DNA of 64,000 bases. It comes from an uncultured delta proteobacterium. Lineage in GTDB: Bacteria; Desulfobacterota; Binatia; UBA9968. The translations under genes and the position numbers were made by a program. Position 1 is the stretch's first letter, and each line of letters begins with the position of its first letter. The stretch lies in NCBI GenBank assembly GCA_963745035.1, contig CAVUVW010000019.1, positions 128,001 through 192,000 of the forward strand. Reading direction: 5' to 3'. The notes beneath the pieces were generated by a model. It did not search any database, had not been told where the DNA came from, and saw only the letters and a list, made by a program, of their open reading frames with translations. Shown one piece after another: positions 22,377 to 31,417 of the stretch.

Positions 22377-23168
22377 CTAGAGGGCGTCAATGACGTGTGG
22401 CTGCTGACGGAAGTAAATCAGATATCCGAGAATGCCGATAACGAGACTAGCGACGCCAATAAAAAAAAGCGCATGCCAATCTGGCGTACGCTGAAAAAAG
22501 AAAATATCCCGATAACTTTGGATCAACACCGCGATTGGATTCATCATCAGAATTTGAGAGTAATCTGTATCGAGTTGCTGCGGGCGATAGAAAACGGGGA
22601 TCAAATAAAAAAGGAGCGATAGCGCCACCCGCGTAAGATATTGAATGTCACGATAAAAAACGTTCAGCGTTGCCACGATCAGCCCGAGCCCAATCAACAG
22701 AATGCTCTGGATGAGGACTAAGAGTGGAAATGCCAATAGGGCTAAGCTTAAAGTGCGGCCATGCCATGCAAGCACAACGAGCAGAATGGGTAAACTGACC
22801 AAGTAGGTTAGGAGATTCGCTAGCGTGTTGACGATGACTAATGTCGCGGGTGCAAAATGAGGTCGGCGGAGCATATCTCGATTGCCAGTAAAGGCACCGC
22901 CCGCTGAACTTACGCAATTGCTGAACCACGTCCATGGCAGCAAAGCGCTAAAAACAAAAGCCGGATAGTCATCGATCCCTAATGGGACGATTCTGTTGAA
23001 AAGAAACACAAACACCAACAACTGGACCAAGGGAAGCACAACTGACCAGAGAACTCCTAACATTGACCCGGTATAGCGTACGCGAAAATCGCGTTGAACG
23101 AGATGAGAGATAAGGTCCAGTTGATACGTCAGGGAGCGCATAGGATTCGTCTTATCCTCAGAGGTCAT
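22377..23168 (-). CDS. wzm: polysaccharide ABC exporter permease
   Basis: 'RDFRVRYTGSMLGVLW', 'NVFYRDIQY', 'MNPIAVLI'; 6 TMs; start overlaps the upstream GT stop. Confidence 0.92.
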   Translation of the reverse strand: MTSEDKTNPMRSLTYQLDLISHLVQRDFRVRYTGSMLGVLWSVVLPLVQLLVFVFLFNRIVPLGIDDYPAFVFSALLPWTWFSNCVSSAGGAFTGNRDMLRRPHFAPATLVIVNTLANLLTYLVSLPILLVVLAWHGRTLSLALLAFPLLVLIQSILLIGLGLIVATLNVFYRDIQYLTRVALSLLFYLIPVFYRPQQLDTDYSQILMMNPIAVLIQSYRDIFFFQRTPDWHALFFIGVASLVIGILGYLIYFRQQPHVIDAL

Positions 23169-24103
23169 TTGGCAAGCCAATTCTTTGCTGCTCCGAAGAA
23201 GTAGCCAAGCACCAAGATCAACTGAAGTTCGTGATAAAATCCGTCATCCGCACGCCCTGTCAACAAAGAGCCTACAGCCTGCCGCGACTGTGCTACCAGT
23301 TGTCCGTATCTCCATCTCGGCACTCTGAAAGGCAGGAGGGGTTTACTCGCTTTCCGCGGGACTTTCAGCGCCTGCCACTCTCCTATGCGGAAATACCAAC
23401 GCCGGAGATAGGACTTCGTGAACCGGGTTGCTACCGGGCAATGATATACGACGGCACCAGGATAGTACATAAATAAGTCGCCGCCGTTTTTTGCCCGTTG
23501 GACAAATTCAACATCGCCACCCATGGATAGTTTGTCTTTTCGTCTGTCGAGGTCCGGACGAAACAAGCCATGCTTATCAAAAGCGGACCTTTTGAAGCCA
23601 AGATTTGCGCCTATTCCGATGATGTTTGAATCGCTGTCGGAAAGAATAACGCTATCGCCAGCGTCGAACTTTCCCAGCGCTCCGTCATACTCGATTCTCC
23701 ACCACGGCGGTTTTTGCAGGTCATTCTTAAGCAGTACCTTGCCACCGATCCCTATCACCGGAAATCGATCAAAAGCATTTTTCATTTCAGTGAGCCAGTT
23801 GCTGGTGACCTCAACGTCGTCATCGATGTAAAACAGAAGATCTCCCTGAGCAGCCTTGACTCCGGCATTGCGTGCATGATTGAGTCCCGGTCGGCCTTCG
23901 AACACGTAACGGACTCCTACGTGTACATCGGCGCGCTGGGCAAATGTCGTAGTAATATGTTTCGTGTCATCATTTGAATTATTGTCAATCACAAGTATTT
24001 CCCAGAGGAATTCCTTGGGCACGTCCATGGAGCTTAGACTCAATAAAGCTCGACGCAAGCTGGCCCCGCGATTGTAGGTGCAGATGATAACGCTAATTTC
24101 CAT
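23165..24103 (-). CDS. glycosyltransferase family 2
   Basis: ISVIICTYNR, VIDNNSND, ARNAG, YIDDD. Confidence 0.9.
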   Translation of the reverse strand: MEISVIICTYNRGASLRRALLSLSSMDVPKEFLWEILVIDNNSNDDTKHITTTFAQRADVHVGVRYVFEGRPGLNHARNAGVKAAQGDLLFYIDDDVEVTSNWLTEMKNAFDRFPVIGIGGKVLLKNDLQKPPWWRIEYDGALGKFDAGDSVILSDSDSNIIGIGANLGFKRSAFDKHGLFRPDLDRRKDKLSMGGDVEFVQRAKNGGDLFMYYPGAVVYHCPVATRFTKSYLRRWYFRIGEWQALKVPRKASKPLLPFRVPRWRYGQLVAQSRQAVGSLLTGRADDGFYHELQLILVLGYFFGAAKNWLAK

Positions 24104-24664
24104 CTTTTCCCCGTAAACATGACTACGTACTGCACCGATCAACGGTCGCGGATCTCACTCGGCGATCATACGGAAGGTTAACGTTTCACTTGCTTCTAAA
24201 ATGGCACGACCTCTCGATTGAGAATCAAGTAGCCGCCGAAAAGCACCTGGCAATTTTATGCGTTTTTCCAGCAGTCGGCTAATAGTCCGCACGTTTACAA
24301 ACGAGCCGCATAGGAAAAAGAGTATTGCGACCCTACAGAGTTCTACCTTTTGCTCCCTGCAAAATCGTCCATGGCTGAGTTTTGCTATTTTATCGTAGGT
24401 CAAAGTGCGACGGTGAATGAAGTTCAGACTTCGGCCAATTCCTTAACACGGCTCGAGTCGACTCGAGATACGCCGCGCATTTTTCGAATGTTGTAGTCCG
24501 GCGGCGAAGAGTGAACCATGTCGAGCTTGGAAGTTTTGAGCGCCGGATTTGATTGTGAACTCGATGTTGGAAAGCTCAATGTTGCCGATCAAAATTTGGA
24601 AGCACAATACTGCCATTTTGACACTCTATGGTAAACTGACACGTTCTCTTTCCATGCGTCATTT

Positions 24665-25669
24665 CTAATATGTATCGAACATCCGCTGGATTTCATCAGC
24701 GTTGGTTGTCTTGGTGAGCGCCAGGGAGAGCAGCAGACGGGCTTTCCACGGCTGCAGGTTGTCGCCGGCAACGAAGCCGCGTTTTTGTAAACCCGGGCTG
24801 CGCACGACGCGGCCGGAGGCGACGCGGCTGCATAGGCACATGATCATACCTTTTTCTTTGAAACATTTATCGAACGCCGCGTCTTCAGCGGGCGTCGGCC
24901 GTCCGGCGCCTGTTCCGGCGCTGACGATGCCTTTGGCGCCGGCGTTGGCCGCCGCTTCGATCATCGTGCCGTCAGCGCCGACATAGGAGAGAACCATGTC
25001 GACGCGCGGCAGGGACTGCAGATTTCTTACGTCGAATTCGGTCGCCGTCGTGTGCTTGCGTACCGGTTGGTGATAATAGACGATTTTCCCGTCGCCGTCG
25101 GCGTAGCCGAGCGGGCCCAGATCGCGGGACTGAAACGCTTCGACGCGATAGGTCGCGTTCTTGGTTACGTCGCGGCCGTTGAAGATCGTGTCGTTCATGA
25201 CCAGCATGCAGCCGCGGCCCCGAGAGCTTGGATCGGCAGCGACCTTGACGGCATTGACCAGATTCAAATAGCCGTCGGCGCTGATTGCAGAAGAAGGGCG
25301 CATGGAACCGACGACCACGACCGGCTTGTCGGTTTTCAAAGTTAGATTGAGAAAGTAAGCCGTTTCCTCAATGGTGTTCGTGCCGTGGGTAATGACCACG
25401 CCGTCGGCTTTGTCCTCGTCGAAGATTTTGTGAATCGTGCGCACGAGGTCGAGCCAGTCTTTGTCGACCAACGCGTGGCTCGGCAGGCGGCGGAAAGCCA
25501 TTTCTTGAACTTCGGCGATGTCTTTTAATTCTGGGAGTTGCTGCAATAGCTCGCCGTCATTGAGCCGTTTGCCGGCTTCGATGTACCAGGCAAGGTCAAG
25601 CCGGTCCTTGCCGACCGAGTCGATGGTGCCACCGGTCAAGATGAGCGCGATGCGTGGTAAATTCGCCAT
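24665..25669 (-). CDS. asparaginase/glutaminase family amidohydrolase
   Basis: TGGTI and HGTNT motifs, GSMRP, conserved Lys in DVTK; no signal peptide. Confidence 0.88.
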   Translation of the reverse strand: MANLPRIALILTGGTIDSVGKDRLDLAWYIEAGKRLNDGELLQQLPELKDIAEVQEMAFRRLPSHALVDKDWLDLVRTIHKIFDEDKADGVVITHGTNTIEETAYFLNLTLKTDKPVVVVGSMRPSSAISADGYLNLVNAVKVAADPSSRGRGCMLVMNDTIFNGRDVTKNATYRVEAFQSRDLGPLGYADGDGKIVYYHQPVRKHTTATEFDVRNLQSLPRVDMVLSYVGADGTMIEAAANAGAKGIVSAGTGAGRPTPAEDAAFDKCFKEKGMIMCLCSRVASGRVVRSPGLQKRGFVAGDNLQPWKARLLLSLALTKTTNADEIQRMFDTY

Positions 25670-25801
25670 GAAAAATCTTCCTTCTTTCTCGTTTGAATTA
25701 GAATTTCTTACCCGTCCATGTCGCGAAGTTCAAGGGATTTCGGATTTAGCATTGCGGCGAAAGTGAACGGCTTGAAGGCTTAAATGTGCGGTTGCAAACG
25801 A

Positions 25802-26744
25802 TCACTTGTAAGCCTTCAGAGCGGGTAGAGCCTCCTTGCCGAAGCGTTCGATCTGTTCTTGGCGCTCGGGATAGTGCGGCATCATGAACTGAAGTCCGAT
25901 GTGAACGACGCCGACATCGATGAATTCTTTCAAGTCTCTCGGCAACCTGGTCGATGCTGCCTTTTAAATAGTCCGTGATTTGCGGGCCGGCGGTCGGAGT
26001 CAGTTCGACGGGAAGGCAGCATGCCAGGTCGACCTCGTCCGGATTTCGGCCGGCCTTCTTCGCTTCCGCGCGGACGTTCTCGAATCCCGCGGCCAATTCT
26101 TTTGGAGTGGTTTTCACGAAATAAGGAAACCAGGCATCGCCGTATCGGCCCGCGCGTCGCTGGGCATATTTGCCTTCGCCGCCAACCCAGATCGGCAGGC
26201 GCGGCTTTTGATGCGGTTTGGGGAGAAATGCGATGTCGTCAACGTTGTAGTATTTGCCGTGAAAGGTGATGTGCTCCTCGGTCCAAAGCTGTTTGATCAG
26301 AGCCAACTGCTCGTCGGAAACTTTGCCGCGCTCTTTGAACGGCGCGTTCATGGCGGCGAACTCTTCTTCCATCCAGCCGACCCCCACGCCGAGAATCAGA
26401 CGGCCGGTCGAAAGCTGATCGATGGTCGTCGCGATCCGAGCCCAGTGCAGCGGATGACGATAGGGAAGCACCATAACGCTCATGCCTAACCCAATTGTTT
26501 CCGTGCATCCCGCGAGAAACGCCAAGCACGTCATGGTATCGAAGAACGGCCGATCCGGCGGCACGATGAAAGTGGCTTCCTTGCTGTACGGGTAAGCGGT
26601 TTCAATCTTCCACGGAATCACCAGCCGATCGGCCGCCCAGACCGAATCGAAGCCAAGCGCTTCCGCCTGCTGCGCTGCTTGCATGAGCGTCTTGCGGCTC
26701 GCGGCACGGCCGGATACGGGAAGAAATACACCGAACTTCGTCAT
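25802..26744 (-). CDS. LLM-class (probably F420-dependent) oxidoreductase (one +1 frameshift near 25935)
   Basis: FDSVWAAD, GRLILGVGVGW..EEF, PIWVGG, GDAWFP. Corrected C-terminus reads KEFIDVGVVH...ERFGKEALPALKAYK*. Confidence 0.85.
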
Positions 26745-26763
26745 CGATCCTCCGGGAAATTTC

Positions 26764-26795
26764 TTGACTCTTGATACATCGGAAGTTACGTTCCG
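26764..26795 (+). promoter_or_regulatory. putative sigma70 promoter with overlapping palindrome
   Basis: TTGACT-17nt-TACGTT; CGGAA-N6-TTCCG inverted repeat (26780-26795) covers the -10 box. Confidence 0.45.
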
Positions 26796-26841
26796 TTTCG
26801 CTGTGAAAAGTCTTTCGTTCGAATAACATAAAGGATCTCAA

Positions 26842-27080
26842 ATGGCCATTTGGTTCAAGCTCGCGATTCTCGGATTGGCGGCATTGATGTTTTCATCAGC
26901 CCGAGCACAGGACCTTGTGAATGTTCCGGTGGCCATACCTGCAATTACTCCCGCAGCGGTCACGTTCGCAGTGGCGCGCGACCGAGGTTATTTCCGCGAG
27001 GAAGGACTCGATGCTCAATTGATCGTCATGCCATCGGCGATCGGAACACAGGCGCTGATCGGTGGCAACGTCAAGTTTTC
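26842..27080 (+). pseudogene. truncated NitT/TauT-type SBP (first ~80 codons only)
   Basis: Signal peptide, 'VARDRGYFREEGLDAQLI' and 'ALIGGNVKF' match the other SBPs, then homology stops abruptly in AT-richer sequence. Confidence 0.7.
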
Positions 27081-27217
27081 GAATCTTCGACAATTCGGTG
27101 TTGTTAAAAGTTCGGCAGGAGTTACAGGGGAAAGGCTGGAAGCCGTAAACAAATTGACGGCAGTTACCGAACCGACTATTAGTGTTTTTACAGCGCGGGA
27201 AGATTACGAGGTGATCT

Positions 27218-27718
27218 ATGGAAGCGGCGGCAGTCGATGCAGTGCTGGATGGGTTGAAACGGTCGGGAGTCGATTTTGTCTCTCTTATGCCGGACTCGGA
27301 CTTTTCCGTGTTGCAGACGCGGGTCGCGAACGATCCACATTTTACCTATGTACCCGTAAGTAATGAGGCGATCGGCGTCGGCGTTTGCGCCGGCGCGTGG
27401 CTGAGCGGAAAACGGCCTGCGTTATTGGTACCGACGTCAGGTTTGCTCGTGGCGGCATGGCCGCTCACGAGTCTCTGTATGGCATGGAGTCTGCCGTTGC
27501 TTCTCCTGATTCCTTACCGCGGCGATATCGGCGATGCGTTTTGGTTGATGGGGCCGTATAAGGACACGACCGAGCCGCTGTTAAAAGTTTTAAATGCGCC
27601 GTATAGCGTGATTTCCAAGAATGAAGATATTTCTAAGGCGATCGTAGATGCCCAAGGATCGACGATAAGTTGGCAACGTCCGGTCGCCGTGCTGCTCACG
27701 GGAGAAACCATCAAATGA
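27218..27718 (+). CDS. ThDP enzyme PYR subunit, sulfopyruvate decarboxylase alpha (ComD)-like
   Basis: 'MPDS', 'VSNEAIGVGVCAGAWLSGK', 'IPYRGD'; 166 aa; GAGGTG SD. Confidence 0.8.
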   Translation: MEAAAVDAVLDGLKRSGVDFVSLMPDSDFSVLQTRVANDPHFTYVPVSNEAIGVGVCAGAWLSGKRPALLVPTSGLLVAAWPLTSLCMAWSLPLLLLIPYRGDIGDAFWLMGPYKDTTEPLLKVLNAPYSVISKNEDISKAIVDAQGSTISWQRPVAVLLTGETIK

Positions 27719-28320
27719 AACGCTTTGACTGTTTGAAATCGTTGGCGCCGCTGCTCGACCCGAAAACGATCGTGGTAACCAATGTCGGACCCATTTGCCG
27801 CGAGTGGAACGCGCTGCGTCCCAGCGATGCGAATCTGCTGCAAGTCAATTTGGGCCTGTGTGCGGCGGTCGGACTCGGCGTTGCCGTTTCGCTGCCGCAT
27901 CGGCAGGTGGTGATGCTCGACGGGGACGGTAACTTGTTGCTGAATCTTGCGAGCCTGGCTGATTTGGCGAATCAGAACTTGAATAATGTCTTGCATATCG
28001 TCCTCGATAACGAATCGTACGAAGGTGGTGGTGGGTTAAAGTCGGCCACCGCGGGGAAAGCGGATCTTGCCGCCATAGCCCGCGGTGCCGGGATCGCGAA
28101 CGCCAGTGTCGCCACCACGGTGGATGAATTCGAAACCGTAGCGCGCCGAGCGCTCAACAATCCGGGACATCATTTCATCGTCGCCAAAGTAGAGAAAGGC
28201 AGCGTTGACAAGTTGCCGACCCTCACACTTGACGGCAAGGAGGGCAAGTATCGTTTTGCCCGCCATATCGAAAGCAGCGAAGGCGTGCAGATCCTGCGGC
28301 CGCGCTACACGCATGCCTAA
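27715..28320 (+). CDS. ThDP enzyme PP subunit, sulfopyruvate decarboxylase beta (ComE)-like
   Basis: ATGA overlap; DGDGNLLLN...LDNESY ThDP/Mg motif. Confidence 0.82.
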   Translation: MKRFDCLKSLAPLLDPKTIVVTNVGPICREWNALRPSDANLLQVNLGLCAAVGLGVAVSLPHRQVVMLDGDGNLLLNLASLADLANQNLNNVLHIVLDNESYEGGGGLKSATAGKADLAAIARGAGIANASVATTVDEFETVARRALNNPGHHFIVAKVEKGSVDKLPTLTLDGKEGKYRFARHIESSEGVQILRPRYTHA

Positions 28321-28394
28321 CAATCGTCCTCGATAAAACGTTCAACCGCTCAAAGAGTATTCTCAGTAGAGATGGCCGGCAACTTCCGGGGGAC

Positions 28395-29360
28395 ATGATG
28401 AAACGCATCGTCAGGATCATAATAATCGTTGCGACTCTAGGGAGCGGGCCGGTTGCGGTATTTGCCGCGGGTCCCGTGCGGGTCGGTGTTCCGAGCCCAT
28501 CCGCGAGCTATTTTCCGCTTATCGTCGCGGCGAAAAAAGGTTTCTATACGCAAGACGCGCTTCAACCCGAGTTCATCACGATGCGTCCATCCATCGTTGC
28601 CGCGGCTCTGACTAACGGTGAGATCCAATACACGACGGCTACCGGGACCGCGGCCGGCGCTATTTTGCGCGGTTTTCCATTCAAGATCGTGACCTATTTT
28701 TCGACGCGCCTGATGGATTCCTTGGTTGTGAAACCGCAGATTAAATCGGTGGCGGATCTACGCGGCAAGATCGTCGCGGTCGACGCTCCCGGCGCGAGCA
28801 CCTACGTCCTGACGGTTTTGATTCTGAGAAAATACCAGGTCGACCCGGAAAAAGACGCCAAAGTGCTGGCCGTCGGCGATGAGGATGTGAGGTTGCAGCA
28901 TCTCAAACAAGGTCAGATCGACGCAGCGATGCTCGGCCCGCAAGGCGTTGTGCTGGCGCGCCGTGCGGGCCTGAAGACTCTTCTCGACGTTGCCGACGAA
29001 ATTGATCTGCCATTTGTCGGCATGGCGACCGCCACGGCTGTGATCGAGCGCCAGCGCAGCGAGCTAAAAAAATTCTTGCTGGCAACCGTGCGTGGTATCC
29101 GCTATTCCAACGACGCGCGTAACCGTAATGAAATGATCGGACTGCTGTCGAGCTGGCTCCGTTTGGATCAGGAAACCGCAGAGCATACGTACAATGTTTT
29201 TATAAAAGGTGTTTCCAAGGATGGGACTTTAAGCCGAGCCGGCATGGAAGCGCTGGTCAACGAGCGTAAGCGGCAGGTGAAGTTTACTGGAGAGGTTCCT
29301 TTGGACCGTGTCTTTGATTTTAGCATCGTCGAAGAAATCAATCGTGAGTTGATAAAATAG
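28395..29360 (+). CDS. NitT/TauT-type ABC substrate-binding protein
   Basis: Signal peptide, 'AAKKGFY', 'DLRGKIVAV', C-terminal 'VFDFSIVEEINREL'. Confidence 0.87.
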   Translation: MMKRIVRIIIIVATLGSGPVAVFAAGPVRVGVPSPSASYFPLIVAAKKGFYTQDALQPEFITMRPSIVAAALTNGEIQYTTATGTAAGAILRGFPFKIVTYFSTRLMDSLVVKPQIKSVADLRGKIVAVDAPGASTYVLTVLILRKYQVDPEKDAKVLAVGDEDVRLQHLKQGQIDAAMLGPQGVVLARRAGLKTLLDVADEIDLPFVGMATATAVIERQRSELKKFLLATVRGIRYSNDARNRNEMIGLLSSWLRLDQETAEHTYNVFIKGVSKDGTLSRAGMEALVNERKRQVKFTGEVPLDRVFDFSIVEEINRELIK

Positions 29361-29678
29361 GCGACGAGCTATCGCAAATTTTCTCTAAGACGCGGCGAAA
29401 GAGTCCACGTTCAGTTATTGAATTACCGGGCCTGCTACTGGATGCAACAGTTGATCAGGTTTGAGTTCGAGGAACGCTTCGATTAGCTCAGGGTGAACGT
29501 TCAAAGTTCAGGCGGTTCGCGAGTGAGGGGAAATACCAGTATTGCGAGACTCTCGAAAGCGTCTGCCGCTGTCGCCATAGCGATCAGCCTCGGGAGTGGA
29601 TGCCAAACAGCAGACTGCAAGTTACGCGGTGACAGGTTGAAGCTTAAACCGCTCGTGCTGGGAGATGCCCGCGTGACC

Positions 29679-29687
29679 TGGTAAAAT
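29679..29687 (+). promoter_or_regulatory. extended -10 promoter; leaderless start of the AAA gene
   Basis: TGgTAAAAT 6 nt before ATG 29694, no SD. Confidence 0.45.
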
Positions 29688-29693
29688 AATCGA

Positions 29694-30698
29694 ATGGCTA
29701 GTCCTCTAATTTCCTTTCTTACCGGGCTTGGTTCGCGGCGGGTGGTGGAAACGGTCGTGCCCGAGCGGACTTTGGCGGATGTTGTCTTGCCGCCGCAAAC
29801 ACGCCGCACCCTCGATCAGGCGCTCGCGGAAGTGCGCAATCATAATCTGATCTTTCAGCGCTGGGGGTTAGGCGAGCGGCACGCGACTGGTCGCGGGTTG
29901 GCGTTTAACTTCGCAGGACCGCCGGGGACCGGCAAGACAATTTGCGCCGAGGCGATCGCCCATGCGCTCGGCAGAAAGCTTCTTGTCGTCGACTATGCCG
30001 AGGCGGAGTCCATGTGGATCGGTGAGACGCCGAAGAACATCGTCGCAACCTTCCGCGCCGCGGCGGAGCAAAACGCCGTCCTTTTCTTCGATGAGGCGGA
30101 CGCGATCGCGTCGCGCCGTTCATCCGGCTCGCCGATGCGCTACGAGCGGGAGAGCAATCTAACCGTCAACGTCCTCCTGCGCGAGCTGGAGTCTTTCAAC
30201 GGCATCGTGATCTTTGCAACCAATTTGGCCGCCAACTTCGATCCGGCGTTCGAGCGGCGCATACGGACGCATGTGCTCTTTGAAATGCCCGGTGTGGAAG
30301 AGCGAGAACAGATCTGGCAACTACAGATTCATCCGCGTAAGACGCCGCTTGGGCGCGACGTAAATTTTCGCGCGCTGGCGCAACTGTATGCGATGAGCGG
30401 GGGCGACATCAAAAACGCGGTTATCAAAGCCGCCGCTGCGGCCGCAGCAGAGCCGGGATCGGATCTAGGTAAGCACATCACGCAAAGCCATCTGGAAACG
30501 GCGGCGCGTGATGTGCTCGCGGCCAAGACTGTCATGCAGCAGTCGCTCTTCGAAGAGGATACCGCTTCGGGTAACCCAATCAATCTTTGGCAAACGCTTG
30601 AAGCGCGTTGGCGGACCGCAATGATCATAACGCTCGCGCTCTCCGGTACAGCCTTTATCGCCGCGCTGGTGGCGCTGGGTGTAGTTATCCTGCGGTGA
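29694..30698 (+). CDS. AAA+ ATPase with C-terminal transmembrane tail
   Basis: GPPGTGKT, SMWIGET pore loop, FFDEAD, ATN...DPAFERR second region of homology; hydrophobic tail IITLALSGTAFIAALVALGVVIL. Confidence 0.88.
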   Translation: MASPLISFLTGLGSRRVVETVVPERTLADVVLPPQTRRTLDQALAEVRNHNLIFQRWGLGERHATGRGLAFNFAGPPGTGKTICAEAIAHALGRKLLVVDYAEAESMWIGETPKNIVATFRAAAEQNAVLFFDEADAIASRRSSGSPMRYERESNLTVNVLLRELESFNGIVIFATNLAANFDPAFERRIRTHVLFEMPGVEEREQIWQLQIHPRKTPLGRDVNFRALAQLYAMSGGDIKNAVIKAAAAAAAEPGSDLGKHITQSHLETAARDVLAAKTVMQQSLFEEDTASGNPINLWQTLEARWRTAMIITLALSGTAFIAALVALGVVILR

Positions 30699-30773
30699 CG
30701 GCTCCAACAACGCGCCTTTCCGGTAAGAAAAGTCCCGTCCGGGATGAAGGGCAATCAAGGTCAACGAGCTACG

Positions 30774-31379
30774 ATGAATGACGCGCCAACGATCGAGTTT
30801 TGGTTCGATTTCGCCAGCACGTATTCTTATCCGGCGGCGATGCGCGTCGAAGATGCCGCGCTGCGCTACGGATGCCGCGTCCAGTGGCGGCCGTTTCTTC
30901 TCGGTCCGATTTTCAAATCTCAAGGATGGTCGGATTCGCCGTTCAATATTTATCCGGTCAAAGGGCGGTACATGTGGCGCGATCTGGAGCGGCTGTGTGC
31001 CACCCTGCAAATTCGTTTTCGTAAGCCAAGGGAATTTCCCCGCAACAGCTTGCTCGCAACCCGCATCGCTTCTGCGGGTGAAGACACCGCCTGGCTGCCG
31101 GAGTTCGCACGCAGGGTCTATGCAGCCAATTTCGCCGATGACCGGGACATTGCAGAACCGGCTGTGCTGCTCGAATGCCTGAGTGGGTTAACGCAAGATC
31201 CCGCGGCGATTCTCACAGCCGCACGCGGCCAAGATGCAAAGGCTCAGGTGCGCCGCAACACTGAACGGGCAATTCGACTGGGCATCTTCGGCGCGCCGAC
31301 GTTCGTGGTGGGCGAAGAGTTGTTCTGGGGCAACGATCGGCTGGAGGCGGCCTTGCAGTGGAGCCGAAAGTCAACGTGA
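30774..31379 (+). CDS. 2-hydroxychromene-2-carboxylate isomerase / kappa-GST (DsbA family)
   Basis: FWFDFASTYSY, GIFGAPTF, LFWGNDRL. Confidence 0.87.
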   Translation: MNDAPTIEFWFDFASTYSYPAAMRVEDAALRYGCRVQWRPFLLGPIFKSQGWSDSPFNIYPVKGRYMWRDLERLCATLQIRFRKPREFPRNSLLATRIASAGEDTAWLPEFARRVYAANFADDRDIAEPAVLLECLSGLTQDPAAILTAARGQDAKAQVRRNTERAIRLGIFGAPTFVVGEELFWGNDRLEAALQWSRKST

Positions 31380-31417
31380 TGCGGATTACGCACGCGTCTG
31401 CCAGAAGGACCGGTCGT

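Noticed and set aside
24200-24260. sigma54 promoters (TGGCAC/TGGCAA) around the glycan island
   Set aside because: None has the required GG-N10-GC spacing in the correct orientation
24155-24403. 82 aa ORF upstream of the GT2-wzm-wzt block
   Set aside because: No SD or motif; it lies in an AT-rich, probably regulatory gap
29493-29684. 63 aa ORF with a lipoprotein-like AIAISLGSGC segment
   Set aside because: It begins inside a repeat, the lipobox is non-canonical and there is no SD; at best a remnant
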